From Heterodontus francisci (lineage: Eukaryota), in assembly GCF_036365525.1 (NCBI RefSeq), contig NC_090373.1:119713909-119777908 (forward strand): a stretch of DNA of 64,000 nucleotides, written 5' to 3'. This document shows positions 1 through 12,082 of this stretch, one piece after another. The notes beneath the pieces were generated by a model that saw only the letters and a program-made list of their open reading frames with translations, ran no database searches and was not told the DNA's origin. How positions within the stretch are numbered: position 1 is the first letter of the stretch; each line of letters begins with the position of its first letter. The translations under genes and the position numbers were made by a program.

Positions 1-1345
1 GCAGAGGACTGAAGAATTGCAAATGCTGCACTCTTGTTCAAAAAAGGGTGTAAGGATAAATCCAGCAACTACAGGCCAGTCAGTCTGGTGTTGGTAAGGC
101 TTTTAGAATTGATAATCCAGTACAAAATTAACAGTCACTTGGACAAGTGTGGATTAAATGAGGAAAACCAGCACAGATTTTTTAAAGGCAAATTGTGTTT
201 AACTAACTTGATTGAGTTTTTTGAAGAGGTAACAGAGAGGTTTGATGAGGGTAATGTGGTTGATGTGGTGTATACGGACTTGTGAAAGTCTGTTTGATAA
301 AGTGAAACATAATAGGCTTGCCAGCAAAGTTGAAGCTCATAGTCTGTAGGAAGATAGACAGTGGGGTCAGTACTAGGACCACTGTTTTTCTTCATATATA
401 TTAATGACCTAGACTTGGGTGTACAGGGTACAATTTCGAAATTTGCAGATGACACAAAACTTGGAAGTATTGTGAACTGTGAGGAGGATAGTGATAGACA
501 TAGGCAGGCTGGTGGAATGGGCGGATACATTGCAGATGAAATTTGATGCAGAGAAGTGTAAAGTGATACATTTTGGAAGGAAGAATGAAGAGAGACAATA
601 TAAAATAAAGGGTAACATTCTAAAGGGGGTGCAGGAACAGAGAGACCTGGAGGTATTATGTGCACAAATCATTGAAGGTTGCAGGGCAGGCTGAGAAAGT
701 GGTTAAGAAAGTAAATGGGATCCTGGGCTTTATAAATAGAGGTATAGAGTACAATGGTAAGGAAGTTATGATGAACCTTTATAGAACAGTGGTTTGGCCT
801 CATCTGGAGTTATGTCCAATTCTGGGTACCTCACTTTAGGAAGGATTTGAAGGCATTAGAGAAGATGCAGAAAAGATTTACAAGAATGGTTCCTGAGATG
901 AGGAGCTTCAATTACGTGGATAGATTGGAGAAGCTGGGGTTGTTTTCCTATGAGAAGAGAATGTTGAAAGGAGATTCGGTAAAGGTGTTTAAAATCATGA
1001 GCTGTCCATACATAGATAGAGAGAAATTGTTCCCATTGGTGGAAAGGTCGAGAACCAGAGGGCACTGATTTAAGGTGATTGGCAAAAGACTGATGGCGAC
1101 ATGAGGAAAAACATTTTCATGCAGTGAGTGGTTAGGATCTAGAATGCACGGCCTGTGTATGTGGTGGAGGCAGATTCAAACATGACTTTCAAAATAGATT
1201 TTGGATAAGCACCTGAAGAGAAAAAATCTGCAGGGCTATAGGGAAAGGGCAAGGGAGTAGGACTAGCTAGGTTGCTCTTGCAGAGAGCCAGCAAGGATAT
1301 GATGGGCCGAATGGCCTCCTGTGCTGGAACCATTCTGTGATTCTA
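1..1345 (+). mobile_element. CR1 LINE ORF2 3' fragment (degenerate RT) with 3' tail
   Basis: ORF fragments read NYRPVSL, CLTNLIEFFEEVT, GSVLGP..YINDL, KFADD, KRFTRM. The element ends in a CR1-type tail (GGGCCGAATGGCCTCC..CATTCTGTGATTCT). Multiple stops and an internal deletion are present. Confidence 0.9.
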
Positions 1346-1346
1346 A

Positions 1347-1595
1347 GTCCCTTTGGGCTTCCACTGTTTCTAGCTTTTCATCATTTAAAAAAAAACTCTA
1401 ATCTATCCTTTTTCGGTCCAAAGTAGATGGCCTCGCACTTGCTTATAATGAAATCCATTTGGCACAGTTTTGCCCATTCACTTAACCTATTAATCTCTCT
1501 GTAACTTTATGCTTCTCTCTACACTGCTTACAATGCTGTCTATCTTTGTGTCAATGGAAATCTTGAATATGTGGCTCTCTATTCTCTCATCTAAT
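1347..1595 (-). mobile_element. Old CR1 RT remnant
   Basis: The reverse strand reads ..RLSEWAKLCQMDF.., a degenerate CR1 RT C-terminal region. Confidence 0.55.
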
Positions 1596-1597
1596 TT

Positions 1598-1837
1598 TAA
1601 ATTTCTTCTCACAGACATTACATTTCAAAAGTCTCTTGTGTGTTACAGTTTGTGTGCTAGGAGGTGGGACGACTGAATGAATCCCTTCCCACACATGGAG
1701 CAGGTGAACTGCTTCTCCCCGGTATGAACTTGCATGTGTGTCAACAGGGTGAATGGATTAGTGAATCCCTTCGCACAAGTGGAGCAGGTGAACGGCCTCG
1801 CCCCAGTGTGAATATGTTTGTGTTGCAGCAGCTTGAG
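1598..1837 (-). pseudogene. C2H2 zinc-finger array fragment (pseudogenic)
   Basis: Manual reverse translation: [68 protein letters not shown], then frameshifted KCNVCEKKF. HTGEKP-type linkers, one in-frame stop and one frameshift. Confidence 0.85.
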
Positions 1838-1964
1838 AATCTAACTTAGATTCCTCTATATATCTCCAATGCTCTCTCTATCCCTCTGTGGAATTACTTT
1901 GCTTCTGTTTGGTGTTCTGCATGGTGTTGCATCTACACACAGTCCAAATGTCTTACCTGAAAGC

Positions 1965-2085
1965 AATGCTGCTTACTCCATTTTCCTGCATTACAACAGT
2001 GATTACACTTCAAAAAGTACGTCATTGGCTGTATAGCACTTTGAGACATCGGTGGTCATGAAAGGTGCTATATTAATGCAAGTTT
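1965..2085 (+). mobile_element. DeuSINE (SacSINE1-like) 3' fragment
   Basis: TTACAACAGTGATTACACTTCAAAAAGTAC..GAAAGGTGCTATATTAATGCAAGT matches the 3' end of the full copy at 29309-29761. Confidence 0.75.
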
Positions 2086-2834
2086 TTCATCTTATTTTTC
2101 ATCCAAAAAGCTCCTCAGTCTTGTTGGGAACTCATGGTTTGATGGATTGCTGGAGCAAACACTTGATCCAGCATTGCCCAATACATGATAATATGGTCCT
2201 GGCTTAGTGCCTTAGGGACCAGTGCTCCTGAGGAGCTGGACATACCTGCTCCTGTATCTGTATCTGAATGACCCTATAATGCAAGATCAACTTATTTATG
2301 GAATTTGATGATGAGTTATGTGCGACTGGGATTGAAATACTGGACACCACCAGCTGGTGAAAGGCTGCAAGCTGCATATGGAGCACCATCATTTTCCCTG
2401 GCAGTGATCTCCACTACAGAATTGGTCTTTGGAAGCCTGCAAAAAGTTGGTGGTATGAAGTATGGGTGATTTCATATTAAGGAGAGGAATACACAGGAGT
2501 AATATATTCTTCCCACCTGGTCTATGCGCTGCACTCATATTATGGTGAAGCTATCTAATTTAAACAACTTCTGGGTCCTTAATGAGGCCTTCACACATTT
2601 AGCCAGATCCTAGCTTGCTATGCCATTTCATTAGGCATGATAGATAAGTCACAACAGGCATGGAGAAGGGCTGATGCCTCCATACCACATAATACAGGAT
2701 CCACTGCCTTTTGTTTATTAATGCAACAGAAAACTTTGTATTATTGGCTCCAGAATATTCTCCAAACCTCTGATAATTGATAATGCCTTGAAGGAAAATG
2801 CTGTGTTTTAATCATTGTTTTTATATTTCTGCAG

Positions 2835-2869
2835 GCACTAACATTTTTGACAACAATGGAAATTCAAAA
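2835..2869 (+). CDS. CIB4: CIB-family (CIB4-like) calcium- and integrin-binding protein, coding exon 2 (ALTFLTTMEIQ)
   Basis: tttctgcAG acceptor, 35-nt exon, GTAAGA donor. The peptide matches the CIB xLTFLTxxEI motif. The phase-2 end joins the 9432 exon in frame. Confidence 0.8.
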
Positions 2870-3855
2870 GTAAGAATGTTTATTTATAATGCTGCTTTAT
2901 ATTTTTTGTTGCATATGCATATTTTTCTTTGCTGTACTTTTTATGATTCCATACCAGCAAGGAAAAATGATTAAAGTATCATTCCAGATGATGAGCTAGC
3001 ACTAGCACAGGTACAATGGTACAGTGTCAACTTCTCTGATTTGAACTCATGAACCATACATAAATTAAATAGCTATCGCTTCAGCCATTTATCAATTCAT
3101 TAGTGGCCTACAATGATTGTACGTTGTAAATTTTGTAATCTGTAAAACAATTTTATGTTGCTGCGTCTTTGGATTTATGAACTAGATTTGCATGTAAACC
3201 AAGAAACTTCCTTGAAGGTCACCTGCATTGCTTTTTCGTCAACTGTAGCCCTGTCATGATGTTATAGCCACATTAAAAAGAAAAACTCCTGAAGCTGTGT
3301 TGCTTAATCTATTTTCTGATTTTCCATCCATTTGATGTAGGAATTCTACAAAAGATTATAGAAAAATATGGCAAAATTAAAAGAGCCTTGAAGTAATATG
3401 GAAGGAATTAATAAAAACTTTAAAAGTATTAATAAATTAAACAAAGGTAAATAACAAAAATGAGAATCCAGGGTACTAAAATAAAATCATTTTACAAAAA
3501 TTGGGATATCGAGAAAAGATCGATTAAATGGAGTAGAAATTGGAGTATAAATTAATTCAAAGGCAACTTTAAAAATAAAGCAAACTATGTGAATGGAATA
3601 GTACATTAAAAAGGCAGGATTACAAAAATGGACAAAAACAGAAAATAAACAGAACAAGGACCTGGAACTTCCACCATAACAAATACCACTTACTTCCACC
3701 TCCATAACATTGCATGCCTTTACCCCTACTTCAGCCCATCTTTTATTGAAATCTTTATACATTTTCCTTTGGCAACTCCAGACTTCATTACTCTAACACT
3801 CTTCTAACCATTCGACTCTGTAAACTTAATTCAAAACTCTGCTGCCCATACCCAG

Positions 3856-4925
3856 CAGCATGGGCAAGGGAAATTCCTGCTGATTACCACCTACCGCTGC
3901 CTCGTCAGCTGAGGAATCAGTACTCCTCCATGTTGAACAGCACTTGGAGGAAGCACTGAGGGTGGCAAGGGTGCAGAATGTACTCTGGGTGGGGGATTTC
4001 AATGTCCATCACCAAGAATGGCTCAAAAGCATCACTACTGACCAAGCTGGCTGAGCCCTAAAGGACAGAGCTGGTAGACTGGGTCTCCAGCAGATGGTGA
4101 GGGAACCAACAAGAGGAAAAAGCATACTTGACCTCATCCTCACCAATCTGCCTGCCGTAGTTGCATCTCTCCATGACAGTATTGATAGGAGTGACCACCG
4201 CACAGACCTTGTGGAGATGATGTCCTGTCTTCACATTGAGAATACCCTCCATCGTGTTGTGTGGCACTACCACCCCGCTAAATGGGGTAGATTTCGAACA
4301 GATCTAGCAATGCCGAACTGGGCATCCATGAGGTGCTGTGGGCCATCATCAGCAGCAGCATAATTGTACTCAATCACAATCTGTAACCTCATGGCCCGGC
4401 ATATCCCCCACTCTATCATTACCATCAAGCCGGGGGATCAACCCTGGTTCAATGAAGAGTGCAGGAAGGCATGCCAGGAGCAGCACCAGGCATACCTCAA
4501 AATGAGGTGTCAACCTGGTGAAGCTACAATCCAGGACTACTTGCATGCCAAACAGCATAAGCAGCATGCGATAGACAGAGCTATGCGATCCCACAACCAA
4601 TGGATCAGATCTAAGCTCTGAAGTCTTGCCACATTCACACAGTGAATGCTGGAGGACAATTAAAAAACAAACTGGAGGAGGTGGCTCCACAAATATCTCC
4701 ATCCTCAATGATGGGCATCCCAGCACATCAGTGCAAAAGATAAGGTTGAAGCATTTGCAACAATTTTCAGCCAGAAGTGTCGAGTGGATTATCCATCTCG
4801 GCTTCATCCTGAAGTTCCCAGCATCACAGATACCAGTCTTCAGCATCACAGTTGCCAGTCTTCAATCAATTCAATTCACTCTGTGCGATATCAAGAAACA
4901 ACTGAAGGCACTGGATACTGCAAAG
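3856..4925 (+). mobile_element. Fragment of the tRNA-headed APE-RT LINE family (APE to pre-RT)
   Basis: Reads WVGDFN, EPTRGKSILDLILTN, SDH, PWFNEEC, LKALDTAK. Colinear with the copies at 33860-37228 and 42689-45862. Confidence 0.9.
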
Positions 4926-5962
4926 GAAAGAAGTTCCAGGATTTTGACCCAGCGACAGTGAGGAAACGGTGATATAGTTCCAAGTCAGGATGGTGTGTGG
5001 CCTGGAGGGGAACTTGCAGGTGGTGGTGTTCCCACGTATCTGCTGCCCTTGTCTTTTTAGGTGGTAGAGGCCGCAGGTTTGGAAGGTGCTGCTTGAGTAG
5101 CCTTGGTGCATTGCTGCAGTGCATCTTATAGATGGTACACACTGCTGCCACAGTGCTTCGGTGGTGGAGGGAGTGAATGTTTGTAGATAGGGTGCCAATC
5201 AAGCGGGCTGCTTTGTCCTGGATGGTGTCGAGCTTCTTGAGTGTTGTTGGAGCTGCACCCATCCAGGCAAGTGGAGAGTATTCCATCACACTCCTGACTT
5301 GTGCCTTGTAGATGGTGGACAGGCTTTGGGGAGTCAGGAGGTGAGTTACTCACCACAGGAATCCTAGCCTTTGGCCTGCTTGTGTAGCCATGGTATTTAA
5401 ATGGCTACTCCAGTTCAGTTTCTGGTCAATGGTAGCCCCTAGGATGTTGATAGTGGGGGATTCAGCAATGGTAATGCCATTGAATGTCAAGGGGAGATGG
5501 TTAAATTCTCTCTTGTTTGAGGTGGTCATTGCCTGGCACTTGTGTGACGCGAATGTTACTTGCTACTTATCAGCCAAAGCCTGGATATTGTCCAGGTCTT
5601 GCTGCATTTCTACACGGTCTGCTTCAGTATCTGAAGAGTTGCGAATGGTGCGGAATATTGTGCAATCATCAGCAAACATCCCCACTTCTGACCTTATGAT
5701 TGAAGGAATGTCATTGATGAAGCAGCTGAAGATGGTTGGGCCCAGGACACTACCCTGAGGAACTCCTGCAGTGATGTCCTGGAGCTCAGATGATTGACCT
5801 CCAACAACCACAACCATCTTCGTTTGGGCTAGGTATGACTCCAACCAGCGGAGGGTTTTCCCCCTGATTCCCATTGACCTCAGTTTTGCTAGGGCTCCTT
5901 GATGCCATACTCGGTCAGATGCTGCCTTGATGTCAAGGGCAGTCACTCTCACCTCACCTCTT
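4926..5962 (-). mobile_element. Fragment of the same LINE family (RT C-terminal half), inverted relative to 3856-4925
   Basis: Reads RVTALDIKAA, QGSVLGPTIFSCFIND, FADD, EYSPLAW; near-identical to 34010-35045. Confidence 0.9.
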
Positions 5963-7321
5963 GTGTGAACCTTGAGGACTGTGAGGCCCTGGAAGGAGAC
6001 AACTCATCGGTGGAGAAGCAGGAGGTAAGAGAGGAGGAGGTGGAGGAGGATAACACTGAACAGAGAGGTGCCCCTGCTGCATGATGAGTTGGCCTCCTCC
6101 TGCCATCCTTTAGGAAGGGGATTTCCCTACTTTCCCTCATGGCCTCCAGCATTAGATCCAGGTCAGCATCGATGAAGCCCCTAGTGCCAGGCCTCCAATT
6201 CCCCTATGACATCTCGCTTCCCTCTGATGCTGTGGAAGGCAGCTCTCTCTCTCTCTTAGATTGAATGGCCTTCTCCTGCTCCTATTTCTTATGTTCTAAG
6301 CAGCCTCAGTGATGACTACAGTAGGAATCTGCATGAACCCCAAACTTGATCTGACCCACTGCCATTTTCAATCCCTCTGGCTCTAAGTGGAAGTCTCCAT
6401 GCCAGTTAAGGACTTACCCATTTGAGAATTGCAATCTGAATCAGTTTCCCACAGGAGGTGGGTTTCTGACCCAAAACCAGACCCGGTTTCTTGTTCCCAC
6501 CTACATAATAAAAATCCAGTCCCTTATCTTTCTTGGCATATTGGCCTCCAGTCCTATGCCAGGTCTTAACTGAGCCGGGAAGTGGAAATTCCTGGTAAAG
6601 AGAATCTCTGTGGAATTTGCCTTGTAAGGAGAAATCTTTAGTTCTGTTGTTTATGTGGCCAACCAGAAAATCTCAAAAACAGCAGGGACCCTGCCTGCAA
6701 TTTTCCAATGCATTCCGGCAGAGTTACGGCAGTGAAAGCCCCAAAGAAATTTGGAGCCATTAAACTCCACAGTTTACCATACTATAAAGAATTTTAAAAT
6801 AAATTAGAACATTTTTCTTTTAATAGAAATAGACAAGTATTTCCAAATTTTAAGATTGGTTTCATATATTTCTCTTTTATGCTTTGCTTTCTTTATTGAC
6901 TTGCTGTTCATCACAGCTACTTTAATGTCTCTGCAAACCCTGCAAACTATAACCCATATTTCCTTATCTCAGCAAATCCTCTTCCAAACTGTTTCTTGGT
7001 TTGTTTGTTATTGCCTGTCAATATATGTCATATGTGCTTCACACAAACCTGCTTTTCTATTCTCCATTGTTCTTACTTTATTTCACCAGGCCAAGCATTC
7101 TCTGCCCCCTAGTGGTTCAAATTTCACATTGGTTAATTGGGTTACCATAGCAGGAATCAGCCTAAAGTATAACATGAGTAATTAAACCAAAGTCTGTAGC
7201 ACAGATTATTCTATGTTAACCCTGTACAAGGTGAGTTTTGTAACCATACTGTGAAACAGGAGATACATGTTTTCGTGTATATACCTTTCCCCTCAATCTG
7301 GCCTGTGTTGTATAATTGATT

Positions 7322-7682
7322 ATTAGATTAGATTAGATTAGAGATACAGCACTGAAACAGGCCCTTCGGCCCACCGAGTCTGTGCCGAACATCAACCACC
7401 CATTTTATACTAATCCTACACTAATCCCATATTCCCAACAAACATCCCCACCTATCCCTATATTTCCCTACCACCTACCTATACTCGTGACAATTTATAA
7501 TGGCCAATTTACCTATCAACCTGCAAGTCTTTTGGCTTGTGGGAGGAAACCGGAGCACCCGGAGAAAACCCACGCAGACACAGGGAGAACTTGCAAACTC
7601 CACACAGGCAGTACCTGGAATCGAACCCGGGTCCCTGGAGCTGTGAGGCTGCGGTGCTAACCACTGCGCCACTGTGCCGCCC
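7322..7682 (-). mobile_element. V-SINE (HE1-like), full length
   Basis: The reverse strand shows A box TGGCGCAGTGG, B box GGTTCGATTCC, V-domain (TGTGTGGAGTTTGC..GGGTGCTCCGGTTTCCTCCCAC), a CR1-like 3' tail and a (CTAAT)n end. Confidence 0.92.
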
Positions 7683-7756
7683 AAGTGGACGACACATAAT
7701 AGGAAGAAGAGGTTTTAAGGTAAACAAGCCACAGATTACATCATGCACAGAACTTG

Positions 7757-9264
7757 GAGCTGAAGTTCCTGGCACCTGGCTGATAAATTACCAGCATCGG
7801 TGGGAGGAGGCCCTTAAGTGGCCACATAAGGGTCTCAATTGGCCTGGGACGGGCAGGCCATTTTCAACCTCCCCCACTGCTGGTAAAATGGCAGCGAGGG
7901 CGGGTAGATAACGTGAATTGTATCCCCTGCCTCCCACTCGATGTAAGTCTCCCTGCCCCGCCTCCAGCCCGCTCCCGAGGTGGTGGGGTGGCAATAAAAT
8001 TCCGGCCCACTTTGATCTGCACTTCCCTGGTGTCAACCTCCACCTTAGCATGGGAGCAGCTTATGAGGCTGTAGTTTGCACCTCTGATGAGGAACAAAAG
8101 GAGCAGGAACAGGAAAAACACCAGCAGCAGCACCAGCTGCCTTCTCCTCAGCTACATGCCACTCCACAGGCAGAGAGTTTGGACACAAACATCCTACTCA
8201 ATTGAGTCAACAGCCCCAACACAGGGTTTACCAGCAGAAGATGATCTTTCTCAACATCTGTGAGTACCTGTGCCTCAGGAGGCTCAGGCTTTCACGGCAA
8301 GTCATTGCTAACATTTGCAGCCTCCTGGAACAAAACCTGCTTCCCAGTGGATCAGGTGGGCACACATTGCCAGTGGATGTCAAGGTGGCTATCACTGGAG
8401 AGCACCCTTTCCTACCCCACCCCCCCCCCCCCCCCCCCCACACCACCCCAGCTCTCCTCAGGTTCTCTGCCTCTCCCTGGAGTTCTGTGCTCTCTACTGC
8501 AAGTAGAGAAATAAAGTTGTGACAGTCAGAAATGGATTGTGTGGAAAGGAGGAAAGGATAACATTTGTGGAGAGTGACTGTGAGGCATGGGTGTGAGATG
8601 GCACAAAGTTGAGGGTGAGTGTTGGCTGTTCAGATGTGATGTAAGGATATGCCTGGAGAGAGGTATGAGTGGAGCTGCAAAGTGTGTTAGTCTGATGAGT
8701 GTTGTGCAAGAGAATGCTGGGAACTTCAGAGTATGGGGCTTGGTACCTGAAAGTGTTATGCCACTCACCTTTCCTGCCCTCCAAGGTCCTTGAACCTCTT
8801 GGGCACTGTTTCCATTTTCGAGGCACCATACTCCTGCTGTTGACTTCCTCGGCCACTTCCAAACACATCTGCTTGGTTTAAGAGGCTGGCCTCTTCCTCC
8901 CATCCTTGGCTAAGATTACCTCACTTCAGTCCCGCAGCAGGACCTGCGGGTAGGAGTACAAGACCTGGGGAGGTGGGCTGGGGGACAGCCTTCCCAGGTC
9001 TCCTTTCCATTCCTGTGATTGCTGACACCACAGGAATCAATGTACAGTTCAGCCATTCTGAACCTTGCCATGGTCCCTTTAACTAGAAATCCTTCCTTTT
9101 ACAGATTTGAGGCATTATTTCACTCACCCTCTCTGACTGGTCGGGAAACCTGGAAGCAGGATGCTAATGGCTGAGTTGCAAAGCTCACTGATAGAACAGG
9201 GAGTTTCCTGGCCTGCTACCAGCCTCCCCTCTGGGTGTGGGTCAGTAAAGATAAAATTTTTCCC
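7757..9264. mobile_element. Internally deleted PIF/Harbinger-type element
   Basis: + strand 8220-8395 gives a HARBI1-like transposase N-terminus ([33 protein letters not shown]). - strand ~8770-8870 gives a Myb/SANT(MADF)-like fragment (LEVAEEVNSRSMVPRKWKQC). Right end TAAAATTTTTCCC; boundaries approximate. Confidence 0.7.
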
Positions 9265-9431
9265 AGTTTCTCCCTCAATTTCATGATGTCCCAAAGTGCT
9301 TTTGTGGTGTAGTTACTGTTTTATTGTAGGGAAATGTCTCATGGGGAGAAAATTGGGAGTAAAAATATCTGAGATTATATTCTCTTACTCCAGTTAACAA
9401 ATTTATCATAAAAATGTATTTTATGTTTCAG

Positions 9432-9528
9432 TGTTCACCAGAAATTTCTTAATTTGGCTAGCGAAGTAACTGACAACAAAGAGCTATATCTCACATCAGA
9501 ACAGGTCCGCAATATTCCAGCAATAAAG
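9432..9528 (+). CDS. CIB4: CIB4-like coding exon 3 (VHQKFLNL..VRNIPAIK)
   Basis: tttcAG acceptor, 97-nt open exon, AAG/GTGCTT donor. Phases are compatible with the flanking exons, and the peptide aligns by eye to the CIB4 region HDTFLKL..QVSSLPALR. Confidence 0.82.
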
Positions 9529-9874
9529 GTGCTTGTGGAAGGATCTGTATAGTGTCTAACATTGTGATGCCTATCTTGTAATTCAAGCTGTCTATCATTT
9601 TGTATGTAATATGGAGGATGGCTGAACCAGATAATGTCAGATATGGGTGATACTGTAATGACAATAATGATGGCAATGCATTTACATATTTTATGTTGAG
9701 TTGTATGATTTACAGTGGTGCTTATAAGAAGATCCTGGTACCTGCTGCCCACTTAGGTGAGATCAGTTGGTCAGTTATTGACTACTATTTGGGGAGAAGT
9801 TAAGCAGGGTGCCTTTTGCATTGGGTTGGCTCCATATCTGCTGATGGAAATGCAGAATAAAGTGAACCCTCTGT

Positions 9875-11600
9875 GATAGATTTTAACCTGGGTCATGAAT
9901 CAGTGTGAAGGTGTGGGCAGGTGACTAGCTCCCAATATCTTTTCACCATGCGACCCAGGCCACTTTAACTCCTGGGCCCCATTTTAGTATGATTGACTGG
10001 CTTCCCTCCTGATTGCTTTGAGAATCAGGATGCTCACTCTTACGATGTGCACAATTGATGCCATGACTTAAAATGGGATGTACCTCTTAAAGCAAGGTTG
10101 CATCCTCTGCTTGGGCTTTTCTTTAAACATCTTGTGGACACATTTTGCTTAGTTGAAGGGCTGTCCTCAACTTTTCTGATGCTTTCAGTGCCACCAGTAT
10201 CATCCCCAGAACCTTGATTCAATGCAGGAAGAGGTTCAATGACCTCAAAAAAAAGCAGCAAGAATGCGTGCAACTCTTTACCGCTCCAACTTCTCAACAG
10301 CACCTCTCAACACTCCTGTCACCTCCTACCCCATCACTCTCAGCAGCTTCTCCCCTCCATCACATCTTTCAGCGTACAATCACAAGGCAAACTGCAACAC
10401 CTATCTTTATTATTCCAATCAAACTCACTTCTTCCTTTCCTCTGTTTACACCACACACAAACAGCATTCTCTTCTCACATACTACCACTTGCCAACCCCT
10501 CTCATCAGCTTCTCACCACATTCCACAAATTTAGCTTTACATTCATCACCTCCTCATTCTTGTTTCATCTTGCTTTCATCTTTCACCTTTCTCACTATAC
10601 ACTATATGCATAAGCCTAGCATATGACCACTTACCTTTCGTACAGCTAATCACCAGCTCTCACTCTCTCTGCAGAACAGGATCACACATATAGGAAGGAG
10701 AAAAACAAGGCTGCGGAGGAGTTGGCAACATTATTGTCTTCATTCAAGCAGAGCAGATTGTTCTGCAGATTAGTGACCCAGGCAGAGCCAGCAGCATTGG
10801 GGAAGGCGAGGCTCTTGGCTTACCTCAGCAGAATACTTTCAACGATCATCACCGCGTATACAGCAAATATCAGAATTTCAAGCTCTATTCTCAAGACTGT
10901 CACCTACAAATGTCAAGCTTCTATCTGCCACCCTAACTAGTGTTTCTTTTGTCTTCTGGTTCTTATCAGCAAGAACTTTCTACAGAAGGTACCTTAGAGG
11001 AGGACAGTCCTGCTGAGGATTCACTTCACACACTGTCAAAACCAGATCAGATACTGACACTCCATGTAGGTTAAATTGTGAGATAGAAAGGTCTGCACAT
11101 GATGAAATTAACCCAGCACTAGTGAGCAGCAGCAGGCTCTGGTAGCAGGGACATTCTAGGAGACAGCTTGCCAGAGGATGAGGCCTCCTCCCAGTTCTGC
11201 AAAGAAGGACATATATGTGGAGTACAGGTGCCCATCCGTGAAAAGAGAACTGCTGGCATCACACAAGGAGTTATATAATGCATTTGATACCCTGTCAAGG
11301 GGTTTCAGCACTATGGCTGAGTATGGAGAGTCTGCATCTAATCTGTCTGTTCTCAGCTCGCATGGCATTGGCAGTCTGCAGTCTATCTTCCGTGAGTGTG
11401 GCCACCCACAGGAGTCTGCAGCTAGTCCCTCACAAAAGGGTTCTGTGTGGGTGATGTGGATAGACTAGTAGAAGTGATGAGCCCAGCCCCATGTGACTCA
11501 GTGGTGCAAAGGGAATGGTGTAGTTTGACAGGTCTGCTCCTTCACCGCCCCCTCGACTAATACCCACTTCCAGAAAGTCAGCTGTGCCAGATTGCCCTCC
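9875..11600 (+). mobile_element. Degenerate Harbinger-type element with Myb/SANT remnant
   Basis: 10214-10255 reads IQCRKRFNDLKK, a MADF/SANT helix. The rest is degenerate and the boundaries are uncertain. Confidence 0.45.
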
Positions 11601-11934
11601 CAGCAACCAAGATATCAGCATTATAAGAATGGCTTGCATGCTAATAGTTGAGTGCTTCCTCATGCAAAAAGTAAATAAATGACCTAACAAAGAGTAGCCA
11701 AGTGCACTGAAATTGAAAAGACTGATTGTTAATAATTGCAAATTCATTTACCACAACCCACCTAGTAGAAAAAGTCAAAATTTGCTTAACTATCATTAAA
11801 ATGAAAGAATATGTAGAGAGTTTGGCACTCCTGGAAGAAGAAAATATAAGTGTTAGCAATCTCATTAGTCGAGCAATATTTTAGTATTTATCCTTTGTTC
11901 ATTGTTGATTTCTGTCCTTTGTGATCTCAAACAG

Positions 11935-12082
11935 TTGAATCCATTTGGAGACCAAATCTGTAAGGTGTTTAGTAGGAATGAAGAGGGATTATTTTCATTT
12001 GATGACTTCCTGGAAATGATGTCAGTCTTCAGTGAAAATGCATCGCTTTCTGTAAAAACAGACTATGCATTTCAAATTTATG
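11935..12082 (+). CDS. CIB4: CIB4-like coding exon 4 ([19 protein letters not shown])
   Basis: acAG acceptor, 148 nt, G/GTACGT donor. Carries the hallmark CIB motifs NPF, ICxVFS, SFDDFL, SVFSE, YAFxIY. Confidence 0.93.

Noticed and set aside
135-672. Antisense ORFs over CR1/LINE copies (also e.g. 21763-22175, 34513-34842)
   Set aside because: Shadow frames of reverse transcriptase coding sequence.
3341-3400. Alternative CIB exon 3 after tgatgtAG
   Set aside because: In-frame TAA in the required phase and no CIB similarity; 9432-9528 fits instead.
3350-3760. A-rich tract that looks like decayed coding or viral DNA
   Set aside because: Stops in all frames and no recognisable motif; cannot be assigned.
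3856-5962. Twin-priming 5' inversion
   Set aside because: The fragments converge tail to tail and the 3' terminus is missing; twin priming gives a divergent layout with an intact tail.
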